This document shows positions 1-9,420 of a stretch of DNA of 64,000 nucleotides, piece after piece (the first letter of the stretch is position 1; each line of letters begins with the position of its first letter). The notes beneath the pieces were generated by a model. It did not search any database, was not told the origin of the DNA, and worked only from the letters and a program-made list of their open reading frames with translations. The stretch is taken from NCBI GenBank assembly GCA_018052475.1, contig JAGPNG010000003.1:32723-96722 (forward strand), read 5' to 3'. This DNA comes from Candidatus Fermentithermobacillaceae bacterium. Its GTDB lineage: Bacteria; Bacillota; Sulfobacillia; Fermentithermobacillales; Fermentithermobacillaceae. Position numbers and translations under genes: made by a program.

Positions 1-61
1 ATGCCCTTCCTATCCCCCGTGACGCACCAGTTATGAGCGCTACTGGGTAGTCACTATTCAT
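1..61 (-). CDS. fabG: 3-oxoacyl-ACP reductase FabG, N-terminal fragment (gene runs off the left edge)
   Basis: Manual reverse translation of 61..1 gives MNSDYPVALITGASRGIGRA (SDR TGxxxGIG). Its ATG overlaps the fabD stop as ATGA. Confidence 0.7.
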   Translation of the reverse strand, partial: MNSDYPVALITGASRGIGRA

Positions 62-1002
62 AATATCGAAGCCTCCTTATAAAAATCAATAACAGTATTG
101 AGATCGTAAGGAGATGAGAATTGCACAAATCGGACAGCCGGGTTGATTCGTTTTCCAAAGCCTGTAAGAGACTTGCCCGGACCTACTTCGATAAAGCCGG
201 ATGCACCGTCGAGGATCATGTTCTCCATGTCGACTTGCCACAGGACCGGCTGGGTCATCTGTTGAATCAAAATATCCTTCACACCCCGAGGATCGCTCAG
301 GCGTCTACCCGTGACATTCGAATAAACTGCAACGGTAGGTTCCTTAAACTCAATCTTCTCAAGGTCGGCACTCAGCCTCTTGGCTGCCGGTTCCATCAAT
401 GCACAATGAAAAGGCGCACTTACCGCAAGAGGAACTCCCTTGGCGCCTCGTTCTTGCGCCCTGCGACAAGCATCATCCACAGCCTTTTTGTGTCCGGAGA
501 TTACCACTTGTCCGGGACAATTGTAATTTGCACCAGTGACCACTCCCAGTTTTGAGGATTCGTAACAGATAGCCTCAACTTCGGCACAAGGCAGACCGAT
601 TATTGCAGCCATGCTCCCTTGACCGGGTGGGCAAGCTTCCTGCATATATCTGCCACGTTTTCTGGTGATCACCACCCCATCCTCCAAACTCAATGATCCT
701 GCCACTACAAGCGCAGTGTATTCGCCAAGGCTCAACCCAGCAACCATGTCTGGCCGCAGACCCTGACTTTCCAAGACCATAGCTGCAGCAACGCTCACAG
801 TAAGTAGCGCGGGTTGCGCATTGTAGGTCAAAGTTAGCTCGTCCGATGGGCCCCCAAAGATCAAATCCGACAATTTAAAGCCCAGTGCTGCATCGGCCCT
901 CTCAAACACATCCTTTGCAATATCGTATTGGTCGTATAGTTCTTTTCCCATGCCTGGAAACTGTGCTCCTTGCCCTGGGAACACCCATGCTATTTTTCCC
1001 AA
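58..1002 (-). CDS. fabD: malonyl-CoA:ACP transacylase
   Basis: FPGQGAQ and GLSLGEYTAL active-site motifs. Start moved to the TTG at 1002, 6 nt after GGGAGGTG; the longest ORF starts at 1011. Confidence 0.93.
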   Translation of the reverse strand: MGKIAWVFPGQGAQFPGMGKELYDQYDIAKDVFERADAALGFKLSDLIFGGPSDELTLTYNAQPALLTVSVAAAMVLESQGLRPDMVAGLSLGEYTALVVAGSLSLEDGVVITRKRGRYMQEACPPGQGSMAAIIGLPCAEVEAICYESSKLGVVTGANYNCPGQVVISGHKKAVDDACRRAQERGAKGVPLAVSAPFHCALMEPAAKRLSADLEKIEFKEPTVAVYSNVTGRRLSDPRGVKDILIQQMTQPVLWQVDMENMILDGASGFIEVGPGKSLTGFGKRINPAVRFVQFSSPYDLNTVIDFYKEASIL

Positions 1003-1028
1003 ACAAAACACCTCCCAATGATAACTGC

Positions 1029-1883
1029 CTAGACCGCTCTGCAGGGGATGGCCAGTAAAGCGAGAGTACCAGGGCCTGTATGGGTACCTATTATCGCGCC
1101 AATTTCGGTCTCAAAAAGTCTTCGGATATTGAGTCGTTCTTGAGCTTGCTCCTTGAGTTTTGCTGCTTCGGTAGGAGAATTGGCATCCGAAACGCATACA
1201 TACAGTTCTTCTTCGCCCAAATGTTCGAGCACAATGTCTACCATCCTAGGGATGACCTTGTTTCTGCCTCTGATCCGTTCCTTTGCCACAACATATCCCT
1301 CATCATCAAGAGACAGGATAGGTTTCATGTTAAGCATGCTTCCAAGCAAGTGCTGAGCCTTGCCTATTCTGCCATTTCTAGCCAAATAATCGAGAGTGTC
1401 TACTGAGAAAACTGTGATACCTGCTTGAATCATACGCTTGACAGCAGCTACTATTTCGTCAAAAGTGCTGCCCTTCCCTGCCATTTCTTGTGCCAAAATT
1501 GCCATCATTCCATACATTCCGGATGCGCTCTTTGAATCGATGACTTCGATCTGTCGGTCGGGCAAAGCCTCTTTCGCCATCACTGCGGATTGGTAAGTAC
1601 CGCTGAGCGCCGACGAAAGGAGTATGGCGACTACCGATGAACCGTCTTCAGTAAGTCTCTGGAACACCTCTTGGAATTCCCATGGTGACGGCTGTGAGGT
1701 TCGTGCTATAACCGATGAACTGGTCAGTCGCTCGTAGAATTCTTTGCCTCGGATCTCATAACCATCTCTATACGATTCCTCACCAAAGTGAACGGTTAGA
1801 GGTACAACCGTGATCCCCATTTTCTCCAAAAGTGAGGGCTCAAAATCCTGCGCACTGTCAGTCACGATCTTTACCGTGGCCAC
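1029..1883 (-). CDS. DegV family fatty-acid-binding protein (FakB-like)
   Basis: KIVTDSAQD N-terminus and overall DegV-like sequence. GTG start lies 7 nt after AGGGAGG. Confidence 0.85.
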   Translation of the reverse strand: MATVKIVTDSAQDFEPSLLEKMGITVVPLTVHFGEESYRDGYEIRGKEFYERLTSSSVIARTSQPSPWEFQEVFQRLTEDGSSVVAILLSSALSGTYQSAVMAKEALPDRQIEVIDSKSASGMYGMMAILAQEMAGKGSTFDEIVAAVKRMIQAGITVFSVDTLDYLARNGRIGKAQHLLGSMLNMKPILSLDDEGYVVAKERIRGRNKVIPRMVDIVLEHLGEEELYVCVSDANSPTEAAKLKEQAQERLNIRRLFETEIGAIIGTHTGPGTLALLAIPCRAV

Positions 1884-1931
1884 TTCAAAACCTCCCTTGG
1901 TTTCGCATGTTTTTCGGGTCTCGATCCTAGA

Positions 1932-2921
1932 TTACCAGTTTATCGCGATCGAACCCCAGCTCAGACCAGCGCCAAATCCTACTAATACTACAAGATCCCC
2001 TTTGTTGATTCGGCCCTGTTCGTAAGCTTCGTACAGCGCGATTGGAATCGACGCCGAAGATGTGTTACCGTATTTCTCTATGTTAATCATCACTTTTTCT
2101 CTAGGAATCTTGAAACGCTGAATTGCGGACTCAATTATCCTTATGTTTGCCTGATGTGGGATCAATAAGTCAATATCATCGGCTGTTTTCCCAATGTCCT
2201 CGAGCAATCTGGTAACGGCACTGTCCATGGTTTTCACGGCAAACTTAAATACAGCTTTTCCCTCCATATGTACATAATGCAGGCCTTGGCTAACTGTATC
2301 GCAGCTAGCCGGGAGCTTGGCCATACCTGCCGGGAGATAAAGAAGATCCCTTTGCGAACCATCAACTCCCAGATGAAATCCTAATATCCCTTCTCCTGAA
2401 TTCCCCCTGGTCAACATCGCTGCACCGGCACCGTCGCCAAAAAGCACGCACGTATTACGGTCTTTCCAGTTAATTAGACGTGACAGCGTTTCTGCTCCTA
2501 TTACTAGTACGTTTTTGTATACTCCGGATACGATGAATTGAGAGCCTATGGCAAGTGCATATATGAACCCAGTGCAACCGATTTCCACATCGAATGCCGC
2601 AGCCCGCTTGGCCCCAATGGCCTCTTGTACAATGCAGGCAGTTGCCGGGAAGGCATAGTCAGGACTTGCGGTTGCAACTATGATGAGATCTATATCTTCT
2701 GCTGAGACTTTCGAAGATGACAGACAAGACAACGCCGCACGCGCCGCCAGATCGGACGTGCTTATGTCCTTGCTTGCAATACGTCTTTCCCTAATTCCAG
2801 TTCTTTCAACAATCCATTCATTTGAGGTCTCCACCATCTTCTCTAGATCTGCATTCGTCAGTACGTCAGGAGGCACGTAGACTCCCAAAGACTCTATCGT
2901 TGCTGAAACGGAATTCTTCAT
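1932..2921 (-). CDS. fabH: 3-oxoacyl-ACP synthase III
   Basis: Catalytic Cys (GCTGFIYAL), His (IPHQAN) and Asn (GNTSSASIP). ATGA overlap with the plsX stop. Confidence 0.93.
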   Translation of the reverse strand: MKNSVSATIESLGVYVPPDVLTNADLEKMVETSNEWIVERTGIRERRIASKDISTSDLAARAALSCLSSSKVSAEDIDLIIVATASPDYAFPATACIVQEAIGAKRAAAFDVEIGCTGFIYALAIGSQFIVSGVYKNVLVIGAETLSRLINWKDRNTCVLFGDGAGAAMLTRGNSGEGILGFHLGVDGSQRDLLYLPAGMAKLPASCDTVSQGLHYVHMEGKAVFKFAVKTMDSAVTRLLEDIGKTADDIDLLIPHQANIRIIESAIQRFKIPREKVMINIEKYGNTSSASIPIALYEAYEQGRINKGDLVVLVGFGAGLSWGSIAINW

Positions 2922-3949
2922 TGTTCACTCTCCTCAAGACCCATTTCCGATATCGTTTCAGATATCAAAGAGGCCACGTTGCCTTCTGCGAATTTAATAG
3001 CTTGTTCAATACCCTTGGCAATAGCCAATCCTTTTGAAGAACCATGACACTTGACCAAACACCCCTGCAGACCAAGCATGGGAGCCCCACCATAGATTGA
3101 ATAATCGAACGAACGCGCTAGCTCATCAAACACGGGGCGAAGCAGTAGTGCCCCCATTTTAGATATAGTGCCTTTTTTGATTGAATCTTTAAGACATTTC
3201 ATCTGAAAAAGCAAAGCTCCCTCGGACGCCTTCAATAGCACGTTACCAACAAATCCGTCGGCAACTATGATATCTGCTTTGTTAAAGAATACATCGCGGG
3301 CTTCAATGTTACCCACAAAGTTTATCGGAGCGTTGTGCATCAATTTGTAAGCCTTTTTTATTGTAGTGGTACCTTTACTGGATTCGGTTCCGATGTTCAA
3401 TAACCCCACCCGAGGATTTTTCCAACCTAACACCATGTCTGCATATAGAATTCCCATAAGGGCAAAATCAACCAGATTGCTCGGACGAACGTCGTACGAT
3501 GCCCCCAAATCCATCACCAAGACACCGTGATCACTGCAAGAGGGAAGAACCATGCCTAAGCAAGGTCTTTCTACGCCCTTAGCACGACCCAAAATCAGAA
3601 CTCCGCCCGCCAACAGTGCACCCGTCGAACCTGCTGAGACAAAACCCGAGGCCTGACCGTTCCTGACAGCCGCAAGACCCCTAACAATCGTTGACTCACT
3701 TTTGGTTTTCACCGCCCTGACAGGCGACTCCTCAGATGTTATCACTTGATCGCATACGAGCGTAGCCAGATTCGGATGCTCGATCCTGCTCTTTAGAAGT
3801 TCAACGGCCTCACTGTTCCCTAGCGCCAAGATCGATGCCCCTTGCTCCAGCGCCAACACACAACCGTCAATTACCTGATAAGGCGCATCGTCGCCACCCA
3901 TCAGATCAACAGCTATTGCCTTTTTGTTATCAATGCCCGTTTCGTTCAA
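2918..3949 (-). CDS. plsX: phosphate acyltransferase PlsX
   Basis: IAVDLMGGD N-terminus and full-length PlsX-like sequence. 4-nt overlap with fapR. Confidence 0.92.
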   Translation of the reverse strand: MNETGIDNKKAIAVDLMGGDDAPYQVIDGCVLALEQGASILALGNSEAVELLKSRIEHPNLATLVCDQVITSEESPVRAVKTKSESTIVRGLAAVRNGQASGFVSAGSTGALLAGGVLILGRAKGVERPCLGMVLPSCSDHGVLVMDLGASYDVRPSNLVDFALMGILYADMVLGWKNPRVGLLNIGTESSKGTTTIKKAYKLMHNAPINFVGNIEARDVFFNKADIIVADGFVGNVLLKASEGALLFQMKCLKDSIKKGTISKMGALLLRPVFDELARSFDYSIYGGAPMLGLQGCLVKCHGSSKGLAIAKGIEQAIKFAEGNVASLISETISEMGLEESEQ

Positions 3950-4515
3950 TTCTCGCTCCCTCTTTCATCAAGGGAAAACACCAAAAACTTACCTCTGAAC
4001 ACCAACTCACCCTTGGAACGTGTTTCTACAAGCACCGAAAACTTGTCTCCCCTGTCGCTTATGACTTGTCCTTTTGCCACAAGTCTTTCTCCTACTTTAA
4101 CTTGGCGTTTAAACTTGAGATTTGCAATTCCCGTTACCACATTCTCTGCATCGACGATGCAGATTGCAAGGGAATCTGCCTGTGCGAATATGTACTGGCT
4201 CCTTGTTATACCGGACCTTTCAAATGCCATTTCCGGAGTAGTCTCAAGTATAGATATAGCGGATTTGCCCAAATCCAGATCAACTAGTTCTCCTACTATC
4301 TCTTCGCCACCCATCGCACGAACAATTCCATAAGCTCTTTCGGCGAGTTCTTTGGTCCTGGTTCTCTGGTCTGGAATGCCCAAAGCCAACCTGTCAAGAC
4401 GTATGGTCTGGGGACTCACGTCAAAATAGCGGGCCAACCGCCTATCCGGAAGGAAGGGGTTCGCCGACAAGATATCTTTTAGTCGTTCACGTCGTTCTTT
4501 CGGGCTCAGCGCCAT
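3946..4515 (-). CDS. fapR: fatty acid/phospholipid biosynthesis repressor FapR
   Basis: N-terminal HTH (RRERLKDILSANPFLPDRRLARYF) plus a C-terminal hot-dog/thioesterase-like domain. Sits immediately upstream of plsX, as in Bacillus. Confidence 0.85.
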   Translation of the reverse strand: MALSPKERRERLKDILSANPFLPDRRLARYFDVSPQTIRLDRLALGIPDQRTRTKELAERAYGIVRAMGGEEIVGELVDLDLGKSAISILETTPEMAFERSGITRSQYIFAQADSLAICIVDAENVVTGIANLKFKRQVKVGERLVAKGQVISDRGDKFSVLVETRSKGELVFRGKFLVFSLDERGSEN

Positions 4516-4551
4516 CTACACCCGCCTCAGAGTTCTATATAACCTAACCTT

Positions 4552-4590
4552 ATGGGTAGATATTAACACCTACCATACAAGCTATGTCAA
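4552..4590 (-). promoter_or_regulatory. candidate fapR promoter with an inverted repeat over the -10 (possible FapR autoregulatory operator)
   Basis: On the minus strand: TTGACA (4585-4590), a 19-nt spacer, then TAATAT (4560-4565). The imperfect inverted repeat ATGGTAG-N10-CTACCCAT spans 4552-4576. Confidence 0.3.
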
Positions 4591-4612
4591 GTGTCTCTCT
4601 TTTCTTTGATAA

Positions 4613-4642
4613 CAAAAAAACTCCGAAATTTCGGAGTCTTTT
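4613..4642 (-). terminator. intrinsic terminator downstream of rpmF
   Basis: Perfect palindrome ACTCCGAAATTTCGGAGT (4620-4637), followed on the minus strand by a 7-nt U run. Confidence 0.8.
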
Positions 4643-4671
4643 ATTGTGTTATTGCCAAGCGTGTGAACAGC

Positions 4672-4863
4672 CTACTTCTCCTTCACTTTTGTAACTTGAC
4701 GGCCCTTGTAATACCCGCATTCGGGACATACCCTGTGTGATAGTGTTAACGAATGGCACCTTGGGCATTCTATGAGATTGGGAGACGTAAGCCTGTTCCT
4801 CCAGGCAGAGGCCCTGCGCATATCTCTTTTAGATGCCGAGGTCCTTCTTTTTGGTACTGCCAT
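4672..4863 (-). CDS. rpmF: 50S ribosomal protein L32
   Basis: MAVPKRRTSASKRDMRR plus a CPRC...CPEC zinc ribbon. The internal ATG at 4863 is preceded by GGAGGAAAGGAG. The 39-aa N-terminal extension of the listed ORF was rejected. Confidence 0.93.
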   Translation of the reverse strand: MAVPKRRTSASKRDMRRASAWRNRLTSPNLIECPRCHSLTLSHRVCPECGYYKGRQVTKVKEK

Positions 4864-5410
4864 GTTCCTTGCTCCTTTCCTCCACCGCGTCCAGCAGTTT
4901 TCTGCCAAATAGCGTAGGTTCTTCGCCAAGTTCTTCCTCTGTGTCTTTCTCACGGGTATCGTACCCAGGAACTCCTTCACAGTCCGGGGTGCATAGAGGT
5001 TTCATCGGAAGACTAAGTATGAGCTCATGCTTTATCATGTCGTCTAGCACACAAAATGCGCCCTGCAGGGCAAACATCTCCACATCGTCATCCTCGTTCG
5101 CCGCCACAGTTCCAAGAAAAGCTTTTTGGAACTTACCCTCGCAGCTGATGTGAAACTGCTGGTCGTACTCTTTCAGGCATCTTGAACAAGTAAGACGGAC
5201 GACACCTTCAGCATTAGCCTGGACATATATTCCATCCCCGGTTGATGTCGCAACCCCTTGCACCGAAATCGGACAAGACAGATAGACCTTATCCTCCCCT
5301 TCCAAGAATAGGTCAGAAGGCCCTTCCTGGAAAAAGGAGAAACTCGAACCCGGTTCTTTGATTATGCTCGATACATCAATTTTCAAATTATCGCTTACCT
5401 CCATTGACAA
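4829..5410 (-). CDS. YceD/DUF177 family large-ribosomal-RNA accumulation protein
   Basis: Conserved position directly upstream of rpmF. CSRCL...CxxDC pattern typical of DUF177. Confidence 0.8.
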   Translation of the reverse strand: MSMEVSDNLKIDVSSIIKEPGSSFSFFQEGPSDLFLEGEDKVYLSCPISVQGVATSTGDGIYVQANAEGVVRLTCSRCLKEYDQQFHISCEGKFQKAFLGTVAANEDDDVEMFALQGAFCVLDDMIKHELILSLPMKPLCTPDCEGVPGYDTREKDTEEELGEEPTLFGRKLLDAVEERSKEHGSTKKKDLGI

Positions 5411-5441
5411 GACGGATTATACAAGGACGCGGACAGGGATG

Positions 5442-6185
5442 TCAAGGATTCACGCTGTAGGTTACAACGGCGATAGCCTCTTGGAATGTGCTAACGCCTA
5501 CTACCATGAGATCGTGGGCTAATCTAGCCGCCTCGTCATAATTTTCCTTGGGCACCAGGAAAATGTCTATACCCATTCTCTCGCAAGCAATCGTCTTTTG
5601 GGCAATACCACCTACTGCACATACTCTCCCATCTCTATCCAAGACTCCGGTGCAGGCTATCTTTCTGGCTTGTATCATATCATCCCCTAGACGGTTCAAG
5701 ACCTCAAGGGCAAATGCAAGTCCTGCTGACGGGCCTGCAACGTCACCAGTGCAGGAGGAAACCCGGATAGGTAAGTCATATTCATCAGAAACTTCTATTC
5801 CGCTGGCCCTCAAAGCTACATAGGTGGCTATCCTCTGACTTTCTTCCATAGCCTCACGGCTCTTCTTTGCATAATCTTCCGGTTGCATTCCGCCGAACAC
5901 TTGGCTCTTTGTCCAAAGTCCGGTTTCCGAATCCACGGCCGCGATAATGCATTCAAGCACGCTCGCATCTTGAGCCAAGACTGAAACCATATAGAAAGAA
6001 TGTTCCTTGGGAGGATATTCAGACACTTCCAAAACGTCGCAAAGATCCATAACGGGTCCCGGGTAAACTACAAGGCAGCCTGATGGCACAACTCCAAGGC
6101 AACATACAAAACACCCGAAGAGAATAATCTTGGCAACAATCCTCAGCTTCTTTCGCTTGTTGCCACAAGACAAGTCACCGAACAT
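5442..6185 (-). CDS. YlbL/SepM-like membrane-anchored Lon-type (S16) serine protease, apparently without a PDZ domain
   Basis: N-terminal TM segment. Lon_C Ser-Lys dyad motifs GPSAGLAFALE and VGGIAQK. Only 247 aa. Confidence 0.7.
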   Translation of the reverse strand: MFGDLSCGNKRKKLRIVAKIILFGCFVCCLGVVPSGCLVVYPGPVMDLCDVLEVSEYPPKEHSFYMVSVLAQDASVLECIIAAVDSETGLWTKSQVFGGMQPEDYAKKSREAMEESQRIATYVALRASGIEVSDEYDLPIRVSSCTGDVAGPSAGLAFALEVLNRLGDDMIQARKIACTGVLDRDGRVCAVGGIAQKTIACERMGIDIFLVPKENYDEAARLAHDLMVVGVSTFQEAIAVVTYSVNP

Positions 6186-6187
6186 TC

Positions 6188-6736
6188 TTACGCAAAGGAG
6201 TCAGAATCCCACGGGTCATCATCAAACCCTGCGTCTGAGATCCTTCGTATCTCCGGCACTTCAGAGTCTGCGACATCAGGTCTGTCTTCTGCGCTTACAC
6301 CTAGCTCTTGGCGATTTGTCCTTATTTCTTCGAGCATAGATAAGAGCAGATTCTCCACTTTCTCCATGAGTTCATCCGCATATTCTCGAGCGCTCATGTG
6401 TATTTCGGTCGCGACCTCCTGAGTCCTATCGAGAAGCTCTTCTGCCTGCTTTCTTGCTTCCTTAGCGACAATGGATTCGGAAGCTAGTATGCTGATTTGA
6501 CCCTTAGCGTCGCTAATAATCTCATCAGCTTCTTTCCGGGCTTCTTGCAGTATGCGATCCCTTTCTTTCAGAAGCCATTTGGCTTGCTCTAGTTCTTGAG
6601 GAATTGCTGCCCTTATTTCGTCGATCAGGTCAAAAACTTCATCTTCATCTACGACAAGTTTTCCTACCAGTGGCAAGCGCGAGCACTCAGAAAGGTATGT
6701 ATCCAACCTGTCAATCATCGAAAGTACATCCATCAC
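6188..6736 (-). CDS. conserved coiled-coil protein (family often annotated ATPase/ATP-synthase-b-like), acidic C-terminus
   Basis: Heptad-rich, charged sequence (QELEQAKWLLKERDRILQEARKEADEII). Conserved location next to coaD in Clostridia. Function unknown. Confidence 0.45.
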   Translation of the reverse strand: MMDVLSMIDRLDTYLSECSRLPLVGKLVVDEDEVFDLIDEIRAAIPQELEQAKWLLKERDRILQEARKEADEIISDAKGQISILASESIVAKEARKQAEELLDRTQEVATEIHMSAREYADELMEKVENLLLSMLEEIRTNRQELGVSAEDRPDVADSEVPEIRRISDAGFDDDPWDSDSFA

Positions 6737-6753
6737 CTTTAGCCTCCTGTGTT

Positions 6754-7260
6754 TTACTGCGTAGATTGATCCGACACGCTTACTTCCCTCATCTTCCTTA
6801 TCAGCTTAGTTTCGACGCGAGGCGGTACTAAATCCTTTATGCACCCGCCATATTGAGCAACCTCTTTGACTAGGCTTGAGCTAAGGTAAAGATAGTCAAT
6901 AGACGTCATCATGAACACGGTTTCTATGCCAGGGTCCAATTTCTTGTTCATCAATGCCATTTTGAATTCATAGTCGAAATCCGAAACCGCTCTTAATCCT
7001 TTAACCATTATATTAATGCCGTTTCGCCGGGCAAAATCAACCAGAAGCCCGCTGGCTCCTACTACTTCGACATTTGGCATATCTTCGCATTCGTCTCTAA
7101 TCATTTCTAATCTCTCACTAACAGAAAACAGGGGGGTTTTTGACGGATTGTTGAATACTGCGACATATAGTTTCTCGAAACATCTCGCGCTTCGTTTGAT
7201 GATATCAAGATGTCCATTAGTGATAGGGTCAAAACTTCCTGGATACACTGCAGATTGCAA
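6754..7260 (-). CDS. coaD: phosphopantetheine adenylyltransferase
   Basis: AVYPGSFDPITNGHLDII motif. Start set to the TTG at 7260, 8 nt after GGAGG; the longest ORF starts at 7290. Confidence 0.92.
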   Translation of the reverse strand: MQSAVYPGSFDPITNGHLDIIKRSARCFEKLYVAVFNNPSKTPLFSVSERLEMIRDECEDMPNVEVVGASGLLVDFARRNGINIMVKGLRAVSDFDYEFKMALMNKKLDPGIETVFMMTSIDYLYLSSSLVKEVAQYGGCIKDLVPPRVETKLIRKMREVSVSDQSTQ

Positions 7261-7356
7261 GAGACCAACCTCCGTTCGCCTGGCTTTCAATAAAATGAAT
7301 CATCTCAGTTTCTACGTTATGATGATACCATTTAATGTGACTTCAATAAACCTGAG

Positions 7357-9420
7357 TCACCTAGATCTTGCGTGTTGCGTTAAATCGCCAAATCGACTTT
7401 CGATCTCGTGCACAAGCGCAAAGTATTCTTGAGGAACATGGCCGCTGTCATTAAACGCATCCATGGTACGCCTAGCTTCTTCCCTAGCTTTCTCTATTGT
7501 CTCAGTGGTAATGCCCAGATCCTCTACATTAGTTCCGGAAAGCCCATGCTGCCTAACTCCAAAGAACTGCCCGGGACCCCTCTGCAAGAGATCTATCTCG
7601 GCTAGCTCAAATCCGTCAAACACAGTTTCGAATACTTTTAGCCTGTCCAAAGATTTAGTCTCGCCATGAGATGGGATTAGGAAACAAAATGCGTCCTGTC
7701 CGGCGCGCCCTATACGCCCCCTTAGTTGATGCAAAGTAGCAAGGCCAAACGCCTCGGCTCCTTCTATCACCATACAGGTTGCATTAGGAACGTCTATCCC
7801 AACCTCCACTACTGTAGTGGCTACAAGCACCTGAATCAGCCCTTGAGAAAAATCTGACATCTGTTGTGACAAGAAATCGCGAGGCATGCCTCCATGCGCC
7901 AATCCGACTTTGATACCCTGTAGATAGCCCTGACTCAACTCTTCAAAAACGCGTTCAACAGATTTTCGCTCCGATTTACCATCGCTAATCTGTGGACATA
8001 CCACATACGCTTGATGTCCTCTTGCGATCTCTTCACGCACCTTGTCATAAGCTGTCTTTCGTTGACCGTATTCCAATAGCCGCGTCTGAATCCTGTTCGC
8101 ACCATAGGGTAGCTCATCGATAACAGATACATCGAGATCCCCATAGATCGTCAGAGCCAACGACCTAGGAATCGGCGTAGCGCTCATGATAAGCACATGA
8201 GGTACCGAGGTTTGGGCGGAAAGATTCATACGCTGTTTTACACCAAATCTATGCTGTTCATCGGTGACAACCAGTCCAAGGTTGGCCCATTTCACACTTG
8301 GTTCCAACATAGCGTGAGTACCGACTAAGATATCTATGTACCCCTCGGAAATGCTCTTGAGAACCTCCTCTTTTTCAGAAGCAGTAAGACTCCCCGAAAG
8401 GAAACCAACCCTGGCAAATTTGCCGGCAAGTTGTTGGATCGTTTCTAGGTGCTGTCTAGCCAGGATTTCCGTGGGGGCCAAGAACGCACCTTGATAACCA
8501 TTGCTCACAGCAGATAACAGCGCCCAGATAGCAACGACTGTCTTCCCGCTTCCGACATCTCCTTGGATAAGTCGATTCATAATTCTACCAGAGGAGAGGT
8601 CTTGCTCGATGTGTTTTATGGTCCTCTCTTGAGCCATGGTCAAGCGAAATGGCAACGAAGCCACAAATTCCCTAGGGAGACAGAACTTTTCGAAACCAGG
8701 CATAACGCCTTTGGCGGTGTTTTCCTTTTTCATCATTAAGAGGGCCATCTGTTGCAGAAATACCTCTCTGAAGGCAAAGGTTCTACGAGCCCTGTACCAC
8801 ATCTGGGCATCTTTAGGCAAGTGAATGTCACAGTACGCCTGTCTCTGGCTCACAAGTTCATGTCTGGCGATTGCGTCAGCAGTAAACAGTTCCGGAACCA
8901 AGCCAAGATAAACCTCAAGGTTCTCGCCAATAACCCTAGATATGGTTGAAGAAGGCAGTTCTGCCTTACAATGATATATTGGGATAATTGGCCCATGGAG
9001 GTCTGTCCTTGCTCCCTCTTTAACCAAAGGGTGAGCTATCTCCCAGCTCTCACGGCGCCATTCTGCCTTGCCAGATGCGACAACTTTCATTCCCCTACGC
9101 AGCCTGCTTGTCATGTATGGCATATTGTACCACACCAGGTAGCAAAGACCGGTTCCGTCTGATATGCCTACACGCACAACAGGGCCTCTCAGACCCGGAA
9201 TTGTGACAGTTGTTGTAACTCTCCCTGCCACACTCACCTCATCTCCGGGCCTCAAATCCGCGATCCTCTTGGTGCGGGAAAAATCATCTATCCTAAACGG
9301 AAAGTAATCGAAAAGATCCTTGATAGTATGAATTCCAAGAGAATTGAATTCTTTGGCTCTCTTAGGCCCGACACCTTTTAAGTACCTAATATCTTGAGTT
9401 AGAGACATCTGTTTATCCAT
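7357..9420 (-). CDS. recG: ATP-dependent DNA helicase RecG
   Basis: GDVGSGKT (Walker A) and DEQHRFG (motif II), an N-terminal wedge/OB region, and QLRGRIGR (motif VI). Confidence 0.95.
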   Translation of the reverse strand: MDKQMSLTQDIRYLKGVGPKRAKEFNSLGIHTIKDLFDYFPFRIDDFSRTKRIADLRPGDEVSVAGRVTTTVTIPGLRGPVVRVGISDGTGLCYLVWYNMPYMTSRLRRGMKVVASGKAEWRRESWEIAHPLVKEGARTDLHGPIIPIYHCKAELPSSTISRVIGENLEVYLGLVPELFTADAIARHELVSQRQAYCDIHLPKDAQMWYRARRTFAFREVFLQQMALLMMKKENTAKGVMPGFEKFCLPREFVASLPFRLTMAQERTIKHIEQDLSSGRIMNRLIQGDVGSGKTVVAIWALLSAVSNGYQGAFLAPTEILARQHLETIQQLAGKFARVGFLSGSLTASEKEEVLKSISEGYIDILVGTHAMLEPSVKWANLGLVVTDEQHRFGVKQRMNLSAQTSVPHVLIMSATPIPRSLALTIYGDLDVSVIDELPYGANRIQTRLLEYGQRKTAYDKVREEIARGHQAYVVCPQISDGKSERKSVERVFEELSQGYLQGIKVGLAHGGMPRDFLSQQMSDFSQGLIQVLVATTVVEVGIDVPNATCMVIEGAEAFGLATLHQLRGRIGRAGQDAFCFLIPSHGETKSLDRLKVFETVFDGFELAEIDLLQRGPGQFFGVRQHGLSGTNVEDLGITTETIEKAREEARRTMDAFNDSGHVPQEYFALVHEIESRFGDLTQHARSR

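Noticed and set aside
4538-4556. Second DtxR-like half-site (minus strand TAAGGTTAGGTTATATAGA) in the fapR leader.
   Set aside because: About 12 of 19 positions match, and only the left half. There is no palindromic right arm, and iron control of fapR makes no sense in this context. It is probably chance.
4864-4980. 39-aa N-terminal extension of the L32 ORF.
   Set aside because: L32 universally begins MAVPK. The internal ATG has a strong SD, and the extension overlaps the yceD coding frame.
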